DNA of 64,000 nucleotides from Octopus sinensis (taxonomy: Eukaryota). The notes below the pieces were generated by a model, which ran no database searches, had not been told where the DNA came from, and saw only the letters and a program-made list of their open reading frames with translations. The stretch is from contig NC_042999.1 of the NCBI RefSeq assembly GCF_006345805.1, forward strand, positions 167,338,001 to 167,402,000. Reading direction: 5' to 3'. The position numbers and the translations under genes were made by a program. Positions 36,902-50,522 of this stretch are shown piece after piece; positions within the stretch are counted from its first letter, which is position 1, and each line of letters opens with the position of its first letter.

Positions 36902-37275
36902 GACAATGATCTGGCAAAATCGTTAACGCACCAGGCAAAATGCTTAGCAGCATTTCGCCTGTCTTTGCGTTCTGATTTCAAATTCCGCCGAGGTCGACTT
37001 TGCCTTTCATCCTTTCGAGATCGATAAAATAAGTATCAGTTGATCACTGGAATCGATGTAATCGACATATCCCCTTCCACCAAAACTTGCTCGCCTTGTG
37101 CCAAAATTTGAAACCATTAGTATTTCATCCGTTTTCACGTTCTGAGTTCAAATTCCAAAGAGGTCGATTTTGCCCTTCATCCTTTCGGAGCCGATGAAAT
37201 AAGTACCAGTTACGTATTGAGGTCGATGTATCGACTTAACCTCTCACCCAAAATTTCAGGCCTTGTGCATGTAGG
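36295..37275 (+). mobile_element. Cluster of four family B SINE copies separated mostly by (ATT)n
   Basis: Heads or bodies at ~36295, 36578, 36910 and 37125. Confidence 0.85.
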
Positions 37276-37288
37276 ATTATTATTATTA

Positions 37289-37353
<65 letters not shown>

Positions 37354-37354
<1 letters not shown>

Positions 37355-38419
37355 TATGTTTGACTTTTGCTTTATGTTTGTACAAGTTGGCTCCAAGTCT
37401 CACCCAGAAACCTCAAGAGACAACAGGTTGGAAGTTCTGTGCCATATATTTGGAGGGTTTTTTGGGGAGTTTTTTTGGTGTTGTACTAGTGAATATCTAA
37501 TACATAAAAAAAAAAAAATTAAAAAAAATAAGTAAAATAAAAAAAAGTTTGTTTTAAACCTTGGGATTACATAGAGAGTATTTTGCGTAGGATAATAGTA
37601 GTTCCCATGAGCACTATCTTTTGAATTTCTGCCATTTTGGGGTTTCCTGGTATCTGAGTTAGGTAGCAATCAGTCCCTTTCGCTATCATTCCCAGGGTAC
37701 CTATGACAACAGGTATTGTTTTAGTCTTCAGCTTCCACATTTTGCTGATTTCTATTTCAAGATCTTTATATTTGCTCAGTTTCTGGTAGGTCTTGACAGA
37801 TACGTTTATATCGATTGGGACAGTCATATCAATGAGGAGGCATGTTCTTTGCCTGAAGTCTTTCAATATGATGTCTGGCCTATTTGCATCTATCTTCCTG
37901 TCAGTTTGAATGGTGAAATTCCAGAGGAGTGAGATGTGGTCATTTTCAAGCACAGGAGGTGGATTGTGTTCCCACCAGTTTTTTTTCATGGGGCAAATCC
38001 AGGTTTTTGCAAATTACCCAGTGAATATATTGTGCAGCTCTATCATGCCTATTGAGGTACTCTGTAGGCGCTAGAAGACTGCATTTGGAGACAACATGAT
38101 CAATGGTTTCATTTTGTTGTCGGCATACACGACATGTTGGGCTACTGCCGTTCTTTAATATGTTGGCCTGGTAGTTTCTTGTTGGTAGGCATTGATCTTG
38201 AGCTGCTATGATAAACCCCTCTGTTTCAGATTTTAAGCCAGAGGCCATTAGCCATTGATGTGTCAGGGCTTTGTCGATATCTGCATTATTCGCTCTCTTT
38301 GGGTATTTGCCATAGAGAGGTTTTTCTTGCCATTTATTATTCAGAATATCTAAGGCCGCAGTTTTGGCACGGGTTTTCATACGCTTAGCTTTTTCTGTGC
38401 TTGTTTCTTGTGTGTCTAT

Positions 38420-38422
<3 letters not shown>
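37354..38422 (-). mobile_element. 5'-truncated R4/Dong-clade non-LTR element (zinc knuckle plus restriction-like endonuclease) in (TAA)n
   Basis: ETEGFIIAAQDQ, CRVC...ETIDHVVSKC, RHD, NRPDIIL, IDMTVP, KLSKY; one frameshift near 37985; (ATT)n on both sides. Confidence 0.9.
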
Positions 38423-38497
<75 letters not shown>

Positions 38498-38499
<2 letters not shown>

Positions 38500-39388
38500 C
38501 AGCTTTCTACCAGTCGGGCAACTCGGTCGGTGGAAATTTCACTATGGAGTTCTATTGGGGATTAATAGCGGGCAAGAGCAACGACGTTCTCGGGGAAGCT
38601 CTGGGCGTTGGGAGGTATATTTTCCGTAGTACTTTCGTGTCAGGGCTTATGGATAACTTTTAGAAATCCCTGGAATTGCTACCAGAGAACTCTACCGGTC
38701 GAGAGAAGCTCTACAGACACAGAAGTGCTGTCAGACGGACCTGTCCGAGGTCTGCGCAGTGCGATGAAGCCGTCCTGCATTCACTCGTCCAGTGTCCGTA
38801 CATTACTGATTTGTAGAGCTTTGTCGAACAGCAGTTGTCGCATTTATGACGGATCCAGATATCAGCCGAGTCCATCGTGAAGATCACCCCGCTGCCTTCC
38901 TTTGGTCGGGGAAGGCAGTAACCTCTATTTGGTGGCTATAGCGAAGTGTTGTGGACGCGACTGAAAGGACTGAGGACTGGTACATTCCTCTTCGGCCAAA
39001 CCCTCATCGACTTTTTCAAGTTGCACTTGAGGAAAGTGTGGGTAGAGAAGCAAGTTCTTCTCCCGCCCAGTATTTTTGTTGAAAGGTGGGTGAATGTGGC
39101 GCGGATGGCCCGTGTGAATGGGCCTCCCCTGAACATTCGTATGTAGGCCTGAACGGTTAAAGGGAATAGGAGGTGCCTGCCTGACATGCTCTTGGTGGTC
39201 AGGGTGACGAGGATGTTCAGGGTGCTTTGGTTGGCCCTGGATGGTGGAACGCCTCCTATTGGGGATTACCGTTGTTAGAATTTTATGATTATTTGTTATT
39301 GTTATTCATTGTATACAAGTCATTGTTCAACACCCCACTTGTCCCTCGTATCGTATTGTCCCTATTCGTTTTGTGTTCGGCCCTTAAT
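38498..39388 (+). mobile_element. 5'-truncated Tx1/L1-clade ORF2 C-terminus and 3' UTR, degenerate
   Basis: ...REKLYRHRSAVRRTCPR..CDEAVLHSLVQCP (C-terminal CCHC-type motif) and ..WTRLKGL...FFKLHL...FVERWVNVARM. Confidence 0.75.
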
Positions 39389-39393
39389 TATTA

Positions 39394-39447
<54 letters not shown>

Positions 39448-39459
39448 TATTATTATTAC

Positions 39460-40047
39460 TGAGTGAGAGAGCAGTGCATGCCATCAAAGTGACACTGGGA
39501 TTATTATTATTATTATTATTATTGAGTGAGAGAGCAGTTCATGCCATCAAAGTGACACTGGGATTATTATTATTATTATTATTATTGAGTGAGAGAGCAG
39601 TTCATGCCATCAAAGTGACACTGGGGTAAAATATACGAAGCCCAATATACCCATCATGACTACCCGTTTGATAAGGGCACACCAGGTACATGCATCACAA
39701 CCATATGTGCGCGACATGGTGATCTCATATCAAGATAAACAGCGCATGACCTTGCAGGTGGGGCCCAGTTAGAATTTTCTTCAGGTTGAGTAGCCCATCC
39801 CGCTCAAAAGGTCCCTGAATAAGGGTTGTTTAAGGATGTTGAAAGAACCACCCATGTTTCCAGAGGTGAATTATTCAAACCCCAAAGAATCCCTCTCAAC
39901 ACATGGCTATGATGCTCCCCCACTACTTCTGCTCGTGATCAGAGATGCACATATCGTCAGCCACTAAGGGACATGCTCAATTGGTTAAGGTCAAACAACT
40001 GACAAGCAAATCTGTGGTATTGAGCAGAATATTTGCTGTAGCCCATC

Positions 40048-40049
<2 letters not shown>
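39460..40049 (-). mobile_element. Non-coding (TAA)n-flanked element (39586-40049) with two extra copies of its 41-bp end at 63-bp period
   Basis: tgagtgagagagcagt.catgccatcaaagtgacactggg at 39460, 39523 and 39586; (ATT)n on both sides. Strand is inferred. Confidence 0.65.
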
Positions 40050-40099
<50 letters not shown>

Positions 40100-40819
40100 C
40101 ATTATTATTATTATTATTATGTTTGCAACGAGAAAACGTCATTTCAAAGCTCGTAACGGTCAGCTAAAATCAACAACAAAGTGATTGGCATTAGAGTTTC
40201 AGATACAGATTAAAAAATATGTAGATATCAAAGAAACTCTTTGCTGGGACGAGGCAAGTGTTTGATCTAGTACAAACAAGAAAGGGCAATCTTCTGGTTA
40301 CAGACAGCTGTACTTTCCTTACAGGTCCACAACATTTCTTCCCTATAGAATAGGAATTCAACAACGGATATCTTGAAAAAATCTCACGCATCATCCAGAA
40401 TAGTTATGGATGAATGTACAATTTTCATTTTGAGAGTTTGAAAATGCCCTAAACAAAGAAACCACGAAAATCCCAGGGACTGGACAATGTACCTCTTGCA
40501 TTATTAAAAATAGGGGACTATTTCTCAAAACCAAGCTTTCGCTCTGGTTCTAAAAGTATAAGAAATTCGCCCAAATGAATTTTAAGGTGCTACTGTTATT
40601 TCTATCTTTAAGAAAGGGATAGCATTACTCCATTGCAGGATAAATGTTTAAACCGTCTCCAGATCGTTATTGTGTGTGCGTGCGCGTGTGCACGTGTGTG
40701 TGTGTGTGCGTGTGTGTGTACTGTATTTCAAAAAATGTATACACTAACAGCTGATTGCTTTCATTTTCTTTTTAAATTTTCTCCATTAGAAACACTGACA
40801 AGAGCCTGAGTAAGCTTTG

Positions 40820-41720
40820 AAGAAAGTAAAGATTGAAAGCAAAGTAGAAGTGCAAGGCTAGTTTAGGAGGGAGTTTCAATCAGATCCATCAACTAGTCTT
40901 ACCATCACTCAAATTAGAGTTAAGTTTGCAGTAGATGGAACTATTCAGAATGTCGAGAAGAAAGGTTCTGGGACACTGCGGATATCTATGAGCCCTACTA
41001 TAAAAGAAAGGCTGCTGGAAACGTACTGTCAGAATGCAAGATACTGTTTGTGGCAAGCGAAACCTGAGATAGGAATTTCAAAATGAAATGTGCATCGCAT
41101 TTTGAAGTGTCTATGTTCTCAATGAAGTTGATCGGATCGAAGAATGAATTTTTATGAGCAGCTGCACTTGACAGGATGTGAAGAAGATGCACAATGTCCT
41201 ACAAAGGTTTATGTTGAGTGATGACGCTGCATTAGATTAAGTGGCTCAACTAACCGCCAGAATTGCAAATTCTGTGGACCCGAGAATCCATATATTACGA
41301 AAGAACCTTATATTAGTTTACAATGGAGTAGGTTATGGGGGGAAATATAATCAAAAGGATTAATTGGACAGTTCTTTTTGACTGTTCTGTGAATTGGTCA
41401 TGTTTATTTCCTGCAAGATTGGATACTCCCACATATCTATAGTAATGTAAGGACCTACCTGGATGAGGTTTTGGCGAATAGGTGGATTGGACGAAGAAAT
41501 TCAGTACGATACCCTCTGCATTCACCGGGGACAACGCAAGTAGAAAATTTGGTGCGGTTTAATTGGAGATGTTTAAAACATAAAGTTTGTGGTAAAAATC
41601 AGCAACAGACGATGAATTCAGAGCAGCCATTGAACGTGAATGAGCAGAAATAGGGAAAGAAATGCTTCATGATGTTTGCAATTCCATTGCTTTGCGTTAT
41701 CTGTTTGATGACAAACTTTC
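40820..41720 (+). mobile_element. Degenerate Tc1/mariner-superfamily transposase (WIGR...PPRSPDL-type)
   Basis: FRREFQSDPSTSLTITQIRVKF..GT..GSG, MLSDDA, NCKFCGPENPY, YFLQD, YLDEVLANRWIGRRNSVRYPLHSP, LKHKV. Confidence 0.85.
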
Positions 41721-41830
41721 ATCAGAAAATCAAATTGTATGTCAATGTGGTTTGTTGTAGAACTAAGTGATCTATTTTAAGCCATTAACCTCAAGGCATT
41801 GTTGGCTTGAACCACGGGTAAATAGTATTG

Positions 41831-41885
<55 letters not shown>

Positions 41886-41922
41886 TAGGCACAGGGGCGA
41901 GTGTGTGATAAGAAGCTTGCTT

Positions 41923-44232
41923 CCACTGCGCATGTGCGAATAATTGTGGTGTTCGGCACCAAAGAGATGAGACATGCTTTTGAAGCCTCGAATTGAAAAA
42001 TTTTGAAGCTCCATTGTAAGGTAAGATTCTGTGTTTTGGGTCCAGTGAGAATTTTTGTTGAGAATTGTTTTTGTACAGGCAAGAATTCCTACTGGATTCA
42101 GAATTCTGGTTCTGCCGACATGGAGCAAATAATTTTTCTCGCTGAATTGTGAAAATTTTTGTTTGGAGGCGTATTCGTCTTTGGTTTATGTTGAGTGAAT
42201 ATTTTTCTCACTTAAGTATGAGAATACTGCTTGTATTGTGCCTTTTGAAGAACTTTAATAATTGTGAGAACTGCTATTTGGAGGAATGTTTTGCCTCCGA
42301 AGATTGAACAATTTGTATATCAATTTTTGTGGAAGTCGTGTTCCAGTTGTGGCGTTCCGGATTCAACCTAGGCCGGGAGTACCGAATGGCCGGAAGATTT
42401 TTTTTTGATATGTTCCTGAACTATTGACTTCCTGCTAAACTTTATTTAACTTGCTCCTTTTTGTTTATTGTGACTTTCTTTTGATTTCTTTTTTCTTCTC
42501 GCTTTTTAAGTTTTATTTTGAATATATTTAAAAAAAAAAAGAAACGGTGGTGTTGAAAACCTACTCCAAGGCACTCGACACCATCGCCCTATTCGAAAAG
42601 ACGGCAATTGAAAAGGAGTTGGCAGAGTATTTGCCAACAATTAAATTCATTTCCGGGGGTGCCAGATATGCAACGGTGTGGTTGCTATTTGACACCCCTG
42701 AAAAGGCTCGCAAATTTGCTAGTCAACCCCTGGAGGGTAAGGAAATTTTATTTCTTCCCACGTATCATGGGAAGAAGTTAACGAAAGCTTGGATCTGCGG
42801 GCTACCACCCGGGATAAAACCCTAGTGGATAGAGGAGACTATCCGCCGGGGTCTGGGTGGCAGCGGACCAAGCTTCTTAATGTGAAAGTTCTTCCTGCGG
42901 CTGTTTGGGTTGGGTCAAAAGCAATTTTGACCCTTTGGACCCAATCAGCCAATCTGGTTTTTCCAGATTTTTTGAAAACGGCCGAGTGCAGGTACCCGGT
43001 GATACTTGAGGGTCGCCCCCCCAGATGTCATCGGTGCCTGGAGTCCGGCCATAAAAATAAAAACTGTCCCCGGGAACAAAATAAGATCCCGGAGCAGTTA
43101 AGTGAAACCCCTGTAGAAGTGAAACTCCTGTAGAAGGGGCCGAAAGAGGAAGAAGGTGAGCAACAATGGGTGCTCACCAAAGGATCCTAGGGATGAGAAG
43201 GGAAAGGCGAATCTTCCGGCCACGGAGGAGACGCACCCTCCCTCAGTTGAAAAGAAAAAAAAGAGGAAGAGGAAGAGAAACGGGACATTGCCGGCAGTCG
43301 GTGACATAGTACCGGAATGTCCCGGAACTACGTCGGTTGGGGTTGATCCACCGACAGGAGAAGAAACACCGTTGGCGGGAACTGTGCCGCCAATGAAAGA
43401 ATTGAATATCCCGCCCCCGAGGAAAGACGATGTATTGATCTTCTTCCATAGAGGCGGAGAGATTGAAAAGGTGATGGAAAAGCACCATAAGGGAGCACCT
43501 TCAGCCTTCACACAGGACCCCGAATGGCCCCCGCAGATAGCTGTGGAGGCCACGACGTTCGACGTGACGTTTGAGCTGGAGGAGCTCAATGAGGAATATC
43601 GCTTGTTCCCAGGCAACGCTAACACGGAACTCGGTGTGGTTTTGGAAGAGGCGTGGAGGATGGCAGAGGATGCGGGCACAAGTTATTTTGAGGATGAGTC
43701 ATAAATTGTGGCACTGTGTGATACAAACATTTGATAATAGGCACTTCGCTTTGTTTCTGTCAATGTGATCTGCTCTGCAGGCGGCTGGATATTTGACTGG
43801 AGGTCCGGAAAGAGGAGGAAGGGAGAAGTGATAATGTATATTTTATGTTTGATAGGACATGTTTAGATACGACTTGAGGGGCCCCGACCTAGAGCTGGCG
43901 CATTCCTAAGGGAAGTGTAAGCCAGGCCTGGGAGGAGGGGCTTTGTGTATTGTATTTATATTATATGTAATTATTGAACTATGTTGTTGTTTGTAATGGA
44001 CTGTTAAGTCCAAAAATTGAAAAGTTGTAAAAGTTGTAAGAGGTTTAATACCTTGTTTTGTGTTTGGTTTTAAAGAACAATGTTTTAGAGAAGCAGAAGT
44101 CGGCGGGCGTTTTTTGTTTTCTCCCATCCTTATCATCTTTCTTTCATTATCATCCATTTCATTAATGTCCTCGTCCAGCCCGCAAAGCTACTTTACTCTA
44201 TGTACTGCCTTCATGGCAAATGTAATGAAATA
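41923..44232 (+). mobile_element. Second, divergent ORF1-only Tx1/L1-type element with 13-bp TSD
   Basis: aagaagcttgctt at 41910-41922 and 44233-44245; single Gag-like ORF; ~530 bp 3' UTR; no RT or EN. Confidence 0.85.
42544..43704 (+). pseudogene. Gag-like ORF1 with CCHC knuckle; stops, frameshift and ACG in place of ATG
   Basis: RYATVWLLFDTPEKA, PTYHGKKLTKAWICGLPPGI, VILEGRPPRCHRCLESGHKNKNCP align with the 9.6-kb ORF1. Confidence 0.8.
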
Positions 44233-44521
44233 AAGAAGCTTGCTTTCCAACCACATTTTCGAGCTGACCAACACCTTGTGAGTGGACTTGGTAGATGGAA
44301 ACTGAAAGAAGCCCGTTGTATACATGCGTATATATGTCTGTGTATGTGTGTGTCTGTCTCCCACTACCTACGGCCCCATAACTTAGCTGTTCGGCAAAAG
44401 CACTAATAGAATAAAAACTAGGCTTTAAAAAATGTCCTGGGGTCGATTTGTTCGACCAAAACCATTGGAGGTGCAGCGTGGCCGCAGTCAAATGACTGAA
44501 AAAAGTAAAATGTAAAGGATA

Positions 44522-44582
<61 letters not shown>

Positions 44583-45038
44583 TATATATAGTTAATGAGA
44601 AACGGAAAGTGGAAAATACGAGAGTTTTATTAATTACGACAATTGTTTCGACACATCTAGCATTTTTTGCTGTATTGCGTGTTGGTTTCTTTTTTGCATT
44701 TTAAATTTTATTATTGTTCTTTTATGTAAATGAAGCTACCAATATATCCTGTAATTTGCTGCTTTTCTTCAAAAGAACTGGAAAGGTAAGTTGCGAAAGT
44801 GTTATTTTAACGAGTTGCATCTGTTTATCACCCGAAGAGACACATCTGCACCGTCGGATGCTCCTGAACCAGTTGTTAAGTATCCCACCCGCGCAAGATC
44901 GATGTGGTGAACAATGGTAATGATTAATAAAAATTCTTCCGTCTCTCATTAACCAGATGCAAAACGAACACTGTGAGAGTGACCAGTAAGCAGTCAAGTA
45001 TAAAACATTCGTTTTATTATCACACACACACGCACACA

Positions 45039-45131
<93 letters not shown>

Positions 45132-45134
<3 letters not shown>

Positions 45135-45535
45135 TCTTTTACCTGTTTCAGTCATTTGACTGCGGCCATGCTGGAGCACCGCCTTTAGTCGAGCAACTCG
45201 ACCCCGGGACTTATTCTTTTTGTAAGCCCAGTACTTATTCTATCGGTCTCTTTTTGCTGAACCGCTAAGTAACGGGGACGTAAACACACCAGCATCGGTT
45301 GTCAAGCAATGCTAGGGGGACAAACACAGACACACATACACACACACATACATATATATATATACATGTATACGACAGACTTCTTTCAGTTTCCGTCTAC
45401 CAAATCCACTCACAAGGCATTGGTCGGCCCGGGGCTATAGCAGAAGACACTTGCCCAAGATGCTACGCAGTGGGACTGAACCCGGAACCATGTGGTTGGT
45501 AAACAAGCTACTTACCACAGCCGCTCCTGCACCTA
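45132..45535 (-). mobile_element. Full-length family A SINE
   Basis: Same as 3415-3833. Confidence 0.9.
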
Positions 45536-45727
45536 TATATATTTATATCTATATTTATAATTGCGCCTAGGCATTGAGACAACTAATAACCTAGTGTGGA
45601 ATTCAGTATACATATGCTTCTGAACGAAGCGTTAGTCGAGTAAAAAGTGGTCAGAGATGAAATAGGAATAAACGACTTAGCTAATGAAGTTCAGAAGAGA
45701 ATCGTTTATTCCTTTGTTATCTCTTCC

Positions 45728-45760
<33 letters not shown>

Positions 45761-45930
45761 TACACACATATACTATGTGAAATCAAAATAAAATGTTTTC
45801 TTTTGTTTCACACAGTTGCTCTTTAGTATTTCACAACCTCCTGTTCCAACGTTATCTTATTTTTGTTGATGCCGAACAAACTCACAAACTAATTAGCTTC
45901 TATATACATACATACATACATACATATATA

Positions 45931-45989
<59 letters not shown>

Positions 45990-46011
45990 TATATACATAC
46001 ATATATATCAT

Positions 46012-46088
<77 letters not shown>

Positions 46089-46449
46089 CGTACATACGGA
46101 TTATTATTACATTTCGTACGTAAACATCGTTATTTCATTTTCAAAATTCCCTTGCAGTTGCGAAATATTGCACTTGATGACAGCTCCTTTCGTCACATCT
46201 TCTGTGTGTCACCTTCAACAATTTGCACTAGACACCAGAACCTAGTCCTTCCTGCAGAGATTGCAGCTCACTTGGAACTCCTAAATCTCACCCACGCTTT
46301 CTTTTCTTTTCTATTTTTTTTTAATTATTTTCTTCCTGCAGAAGCCTCGATTTACTGAATTTCATACTGAACCTAAACCAAATTGACTTCATCACCAGAC
46401 TGGGAGGGATTGGTTAAACGTGTGGTAACATATATATGTATACTCTCTC

Positions 46450-46673
46450 TTTTACTCTTTGACTATTTTACTTGTTTCAATCATTTGACTGTGGCCATGC
46501 TGGAGTGCCGCCTTTAGTCGAGCAAATCGACCCCAGGACTTATTCTTTGTAAGCCTAGTACTTATTCTATCGGCCTCTTTTGCCGAACCGCTAAGCTACG
46601 GGGACGTAAACACACCAGCATCGGTTGGCAAGGGATGTTGGGGGGGACAAACACAGACACACAAATATACACA

Positions 46674-46739
<66 letters not shown>

Positions 46740-46900
46740 CGACGGGCTTCTTCCAGTTTCCGCCTACCAAATCCACTCACAAGGCTTTGGTCGTCCCGAG
46801 GCTATAGTAGAAGACACTTGCCCAAGGTGCCATGCAGTGTGACTGAACCCGGAACCATGTGGTAAGCAAGCTACTTACCACACAGCCACTCCTACGCCTA
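46450..46900 (-). mobile_element. Full-length family A SINE
   Basis: Same as 3415-3833. Confidence 0.9.
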
Positions 46901-46947
46901 TATATGTATGTATATATATGTGTGTGTTGTGTGTATAAACGTATATA

Positions 46948-46995
<48 letters not shown>

Positions 46996-47869
46996 TGTCG
47001 CCACTATTGTACAAACGATTGTGCGTCAGCGTCGCCACGCGAAGTTCTCTTTCCTTTTTATTGGATGTCACTCCCTACATGTCAGTAAGCAACTAACAAA
47101 TAAACAGGCCTCAAGGCACCATTTCGTATGTTGAGAGTTACAACAAAAGGGACAAACAAAAAGAAATTTTTTAAAAAGTCAAATTGTAAGCTGTGCTAAG
47201 AATCGTAAGACCTGGTAGAAAACATAGCCACATCTTCAAAGCATCTCTTAACGCCTGAAAAAAAAAAGTAAGAAGCATTGGTTAAATAACAACGTCGTCG
47301 TTACCTTTGTAATCACCACCCTGTTCGCCCGTATCTTCTTCCTTGTCATCATCAATTTCCAAGTCGTTGATGTCATTTCTATCTCTTTTTCCTATTCACT
47401 GTCCTCGTCATCATCATCATCATCATCATTGCAATCTTACAAAGAAAGAGTATTACATGGGCTACTGTCTACAGCATGTCTGAAGCAGAAAAAAAGACAG
47501 GGTCGTCACAATTGAAATGTCGTTGAAGTTGTATGTTCGATCAGAGTAGAGTTGTGTCTAAACAAGTGTGATTCTTTACAAGGCCTCCGAGTGTGAGGCA
47601 TGGAAAGGGTGTAAATATCTTCAAACTGGAACCTGGTCCAAGTATTTATACAGGAAGAAAGCAGAAAATGAATTCCGTAAAGTCAACCAGTATCAGGTGG
47701 TGGTGTTTGATTTGGTGACGGATTAAGCCCGCCTCGCAAAACTAGGCTATGGTGGGGTTCGAACTGGAAACTCAAACAGCAGTAAACCCCTAGAAATCCG
47801 ATTCAATGATGGTTTTTTTTTCAGTTCCCATAATCTTATTCCCAAGAATGCCTTTTTATCTGTTACATT

Positions 47870-48760
47870 GGACTGCAGCCATGCTGGGGCACTACTAATG
47901 GTTTTAATCAAACAAATCGATCTCGGTCCTTACTTTCAAAGTCTAGTACTTATTCTATCGATTCATTATGCCCAAATGCTAGGTTAAAGGGCCTTAAACA
48001 AACCAATACCGGTTGTCAAGCGGTTGGAGGATAGACACAAACACACACACACATACATATACACATGTGTATATACGACGGCTTTCTTTCATTTTCCACC
48101 AACCAAATCCACTCACGAGAATTTGGTCAGCTTGGAGCTATAGTAGAAGACACTGGCATAAGGTGCCACGCAGTGGGATTGAACCCGAATTCAAGTGGTT
48201 GAGATTCAAATTTCTTAGGTCACAGCTATCCTTGCGCCTAGTATACACTTGCCCAAAGTGCCACGCAGTGAGACTGAACCCACAACCTTGGGGTTAGAAG
48301 GAAAACTGCTTATCCCACTGGTATGCGTGCGCCTAGAAGACACAGGCCCAAAGTGTCACCCAGTGGAACTGAACCCGAAAGCATGTGGTTGAGAAGTAAA
48401 CTTCTTACCAACCAGCCATGCATGCGACCAGAATTTACTCAAGTTGAGATTGAACCTGAAAACGTAGTTGGGAAACAAACTTCAACCCCGAAAGGATGGA
48501 AGGCAAAGGGGACTTCGGTGAGATTTGAACTCAGAGAGCAGATAATTGGAAGAGATACCTCAAGGCATCCATCCAGACGTCTTGAATTGCTTCTTCTTTT
48601 ATCGAACCCGAAAGAATGAAAGTCAAAGTTGACCACTGCGGAATTTGAACTCATCGAGCAGAGAATCGTGACAGATACTGCGCGGCTTTTATCTCAAACA
48701 TTCTACTTATTCTGCCGAATCGCCGCATTCTGCTTTTCTGCCTACATTGCTATACAGTGC
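47870..48760 (-). mobile_element. Degenerate family A SINE with tandemly reiterated heads, then a degenerate family B SINE
   Basis: Repeated c.caa.gtg.cac.cagtg.ga.tgaaccc head segments at ~48160, 48255 and 48345; family B body at ~48480-48760. Confidence 0.65.
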
Positions 48761-49470
48761 ATTTGCTTCTACTCAAAAGTAAATTTATATATTTATTTCA
48801 AATATTTATCGCCCTCATTTAGGTCCAGGTAGTTTGAATTATTTTCTTTATCTTAGTAAGATTACGAGAAAAAAAAAGACGAAAAGCCAGAAACAAAGAA
48901 AGAAAAAGCAAATATATACAGAAAATTAAAAACATGGATGCAAAGCCAAAAAAGAAAATGGAAAAAAAAACCCAAATAAATCCCAGCAAGAACTAAGATG
49001 CTTAGATGCTTTAGATAAGAAAATTATACCGTGAGTGCTCCAGTGTCTGGCAGCCAACATGGAGAGACCGACCCGGATTGCTGCGATCTTTATTATCACC
49101 AAACCGGCCCACTTTCCATTCAACTAAATTTGACATGCAAAAACACTTTCAAACCTTACTCTACTCGTATGTGTTGTTTATTTATTTATTTATATCTTTC
49201 TAATTTTTCTTCTTTTCTTTCTTTCTATATTCTTTTTTGTCTTTTCGTGTGCGGCGATAACGGCAATGACTACGAATTCCATACGAAACTACATAATAAC
49301 ACACGTATACAGAACACACATTCACGCACACGCAGACGCACACATGTAAAATTATATAAATATGTGTGTGTATATATATATATATATATTATATATATAT
49401 ATATATATAATATATATATATATGTGTGTGTGTATATATATATGTATATATATATGTATACACACACACA

Positions 49471-49591
<121 letters not shown>

Positions 49592-50367
49592 TATATATAA
49601 ATGGAAACTACACCCTCCTTACGCGCATGTGAGTGTATATGTACCAACAGTTTCAATCAGACGTATACAGAATATGTTAGTCGAGGTTGCTGTAGGAGTG
49701 ACATGAAGTCCTCGAGTTTCGCTACGTGCTAAACAATTATAAGCGGTGTGTATATACACACACACACACACACACACGCATACATATACAATATATGCGT
49801 ATATTTATACTGTATATATGTGTGTGTGTGTACGTGTACGTATGCATGTATGTAAGTATACATGTATGCATGCATGGATGTATATATGTATACATGTATG
49901 TATGCATGTATGTATGTATACATGTATGTATGCATGCATGTATGTATGCATGCATGTATGTATAAATACATGTTATGTATGCATGCATGCATGTATTATT
50001 TCGTCAGTACGTATGTATGTATGCATGCATGTATGTATGTAGGCTGCAAATATTAGGTCAATATGGAATCGCTATATGCTTTAAGGTGATGCGTACTCCA
50101 GTATGGGCTCAATACATTGACAGTAACCAGTAAAAATATCTGTATGTGTGTGTGTATCTCTGTGTTTTGCACATGTTTAATTACGTGCTTTTATCTAAGT
50201 ATATTATGCGTATACGAATATAAGCATATGGTGATATTTTCTATAAACATATAAACATACATACGCACACACATCAACACACGTACATACACATCCACCC
50301 ATACACACATTAATACACATTCAAAAAACATGTTGGCATCAACAGATACTGCGCGAAAAGATTATAC

Positions 50368-50433
<66 letters not shown>

Positions 50434-50522
50434 TTTGATACTTTGATACTTTGATAGGTTTCGGCCATTATTGGCCCAGGCCATGTCTAACTTAATAGCA
50501 CCACCTGGTGAAGTCTTTCAAG

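Larger units (their letters stand above)
41888..44515 (+). mobile_element. Family A SINE split by the 2.3-kb ORF1-only element
   Basis: Head 41888-41922; remainder 44233-44515. Confidence 0.8.

Noticed and set aside
39460-39626. CRISPR-like repeat-spacer array
   Set aside because: Eukaryotic context, the spacers are identical (ATT)n, and there are no cas genes.
39950-40049. 5S rRNA-derived (SINE3) head on the minus strand
   Set aside because: Only a few leading bases resemble 5S; A and C boxes are not recognisable.
49066-49140. Kozak-like gccaacATGG start
   Set aside because: The ORF is only 22 codons with no donor site or recognisable product.
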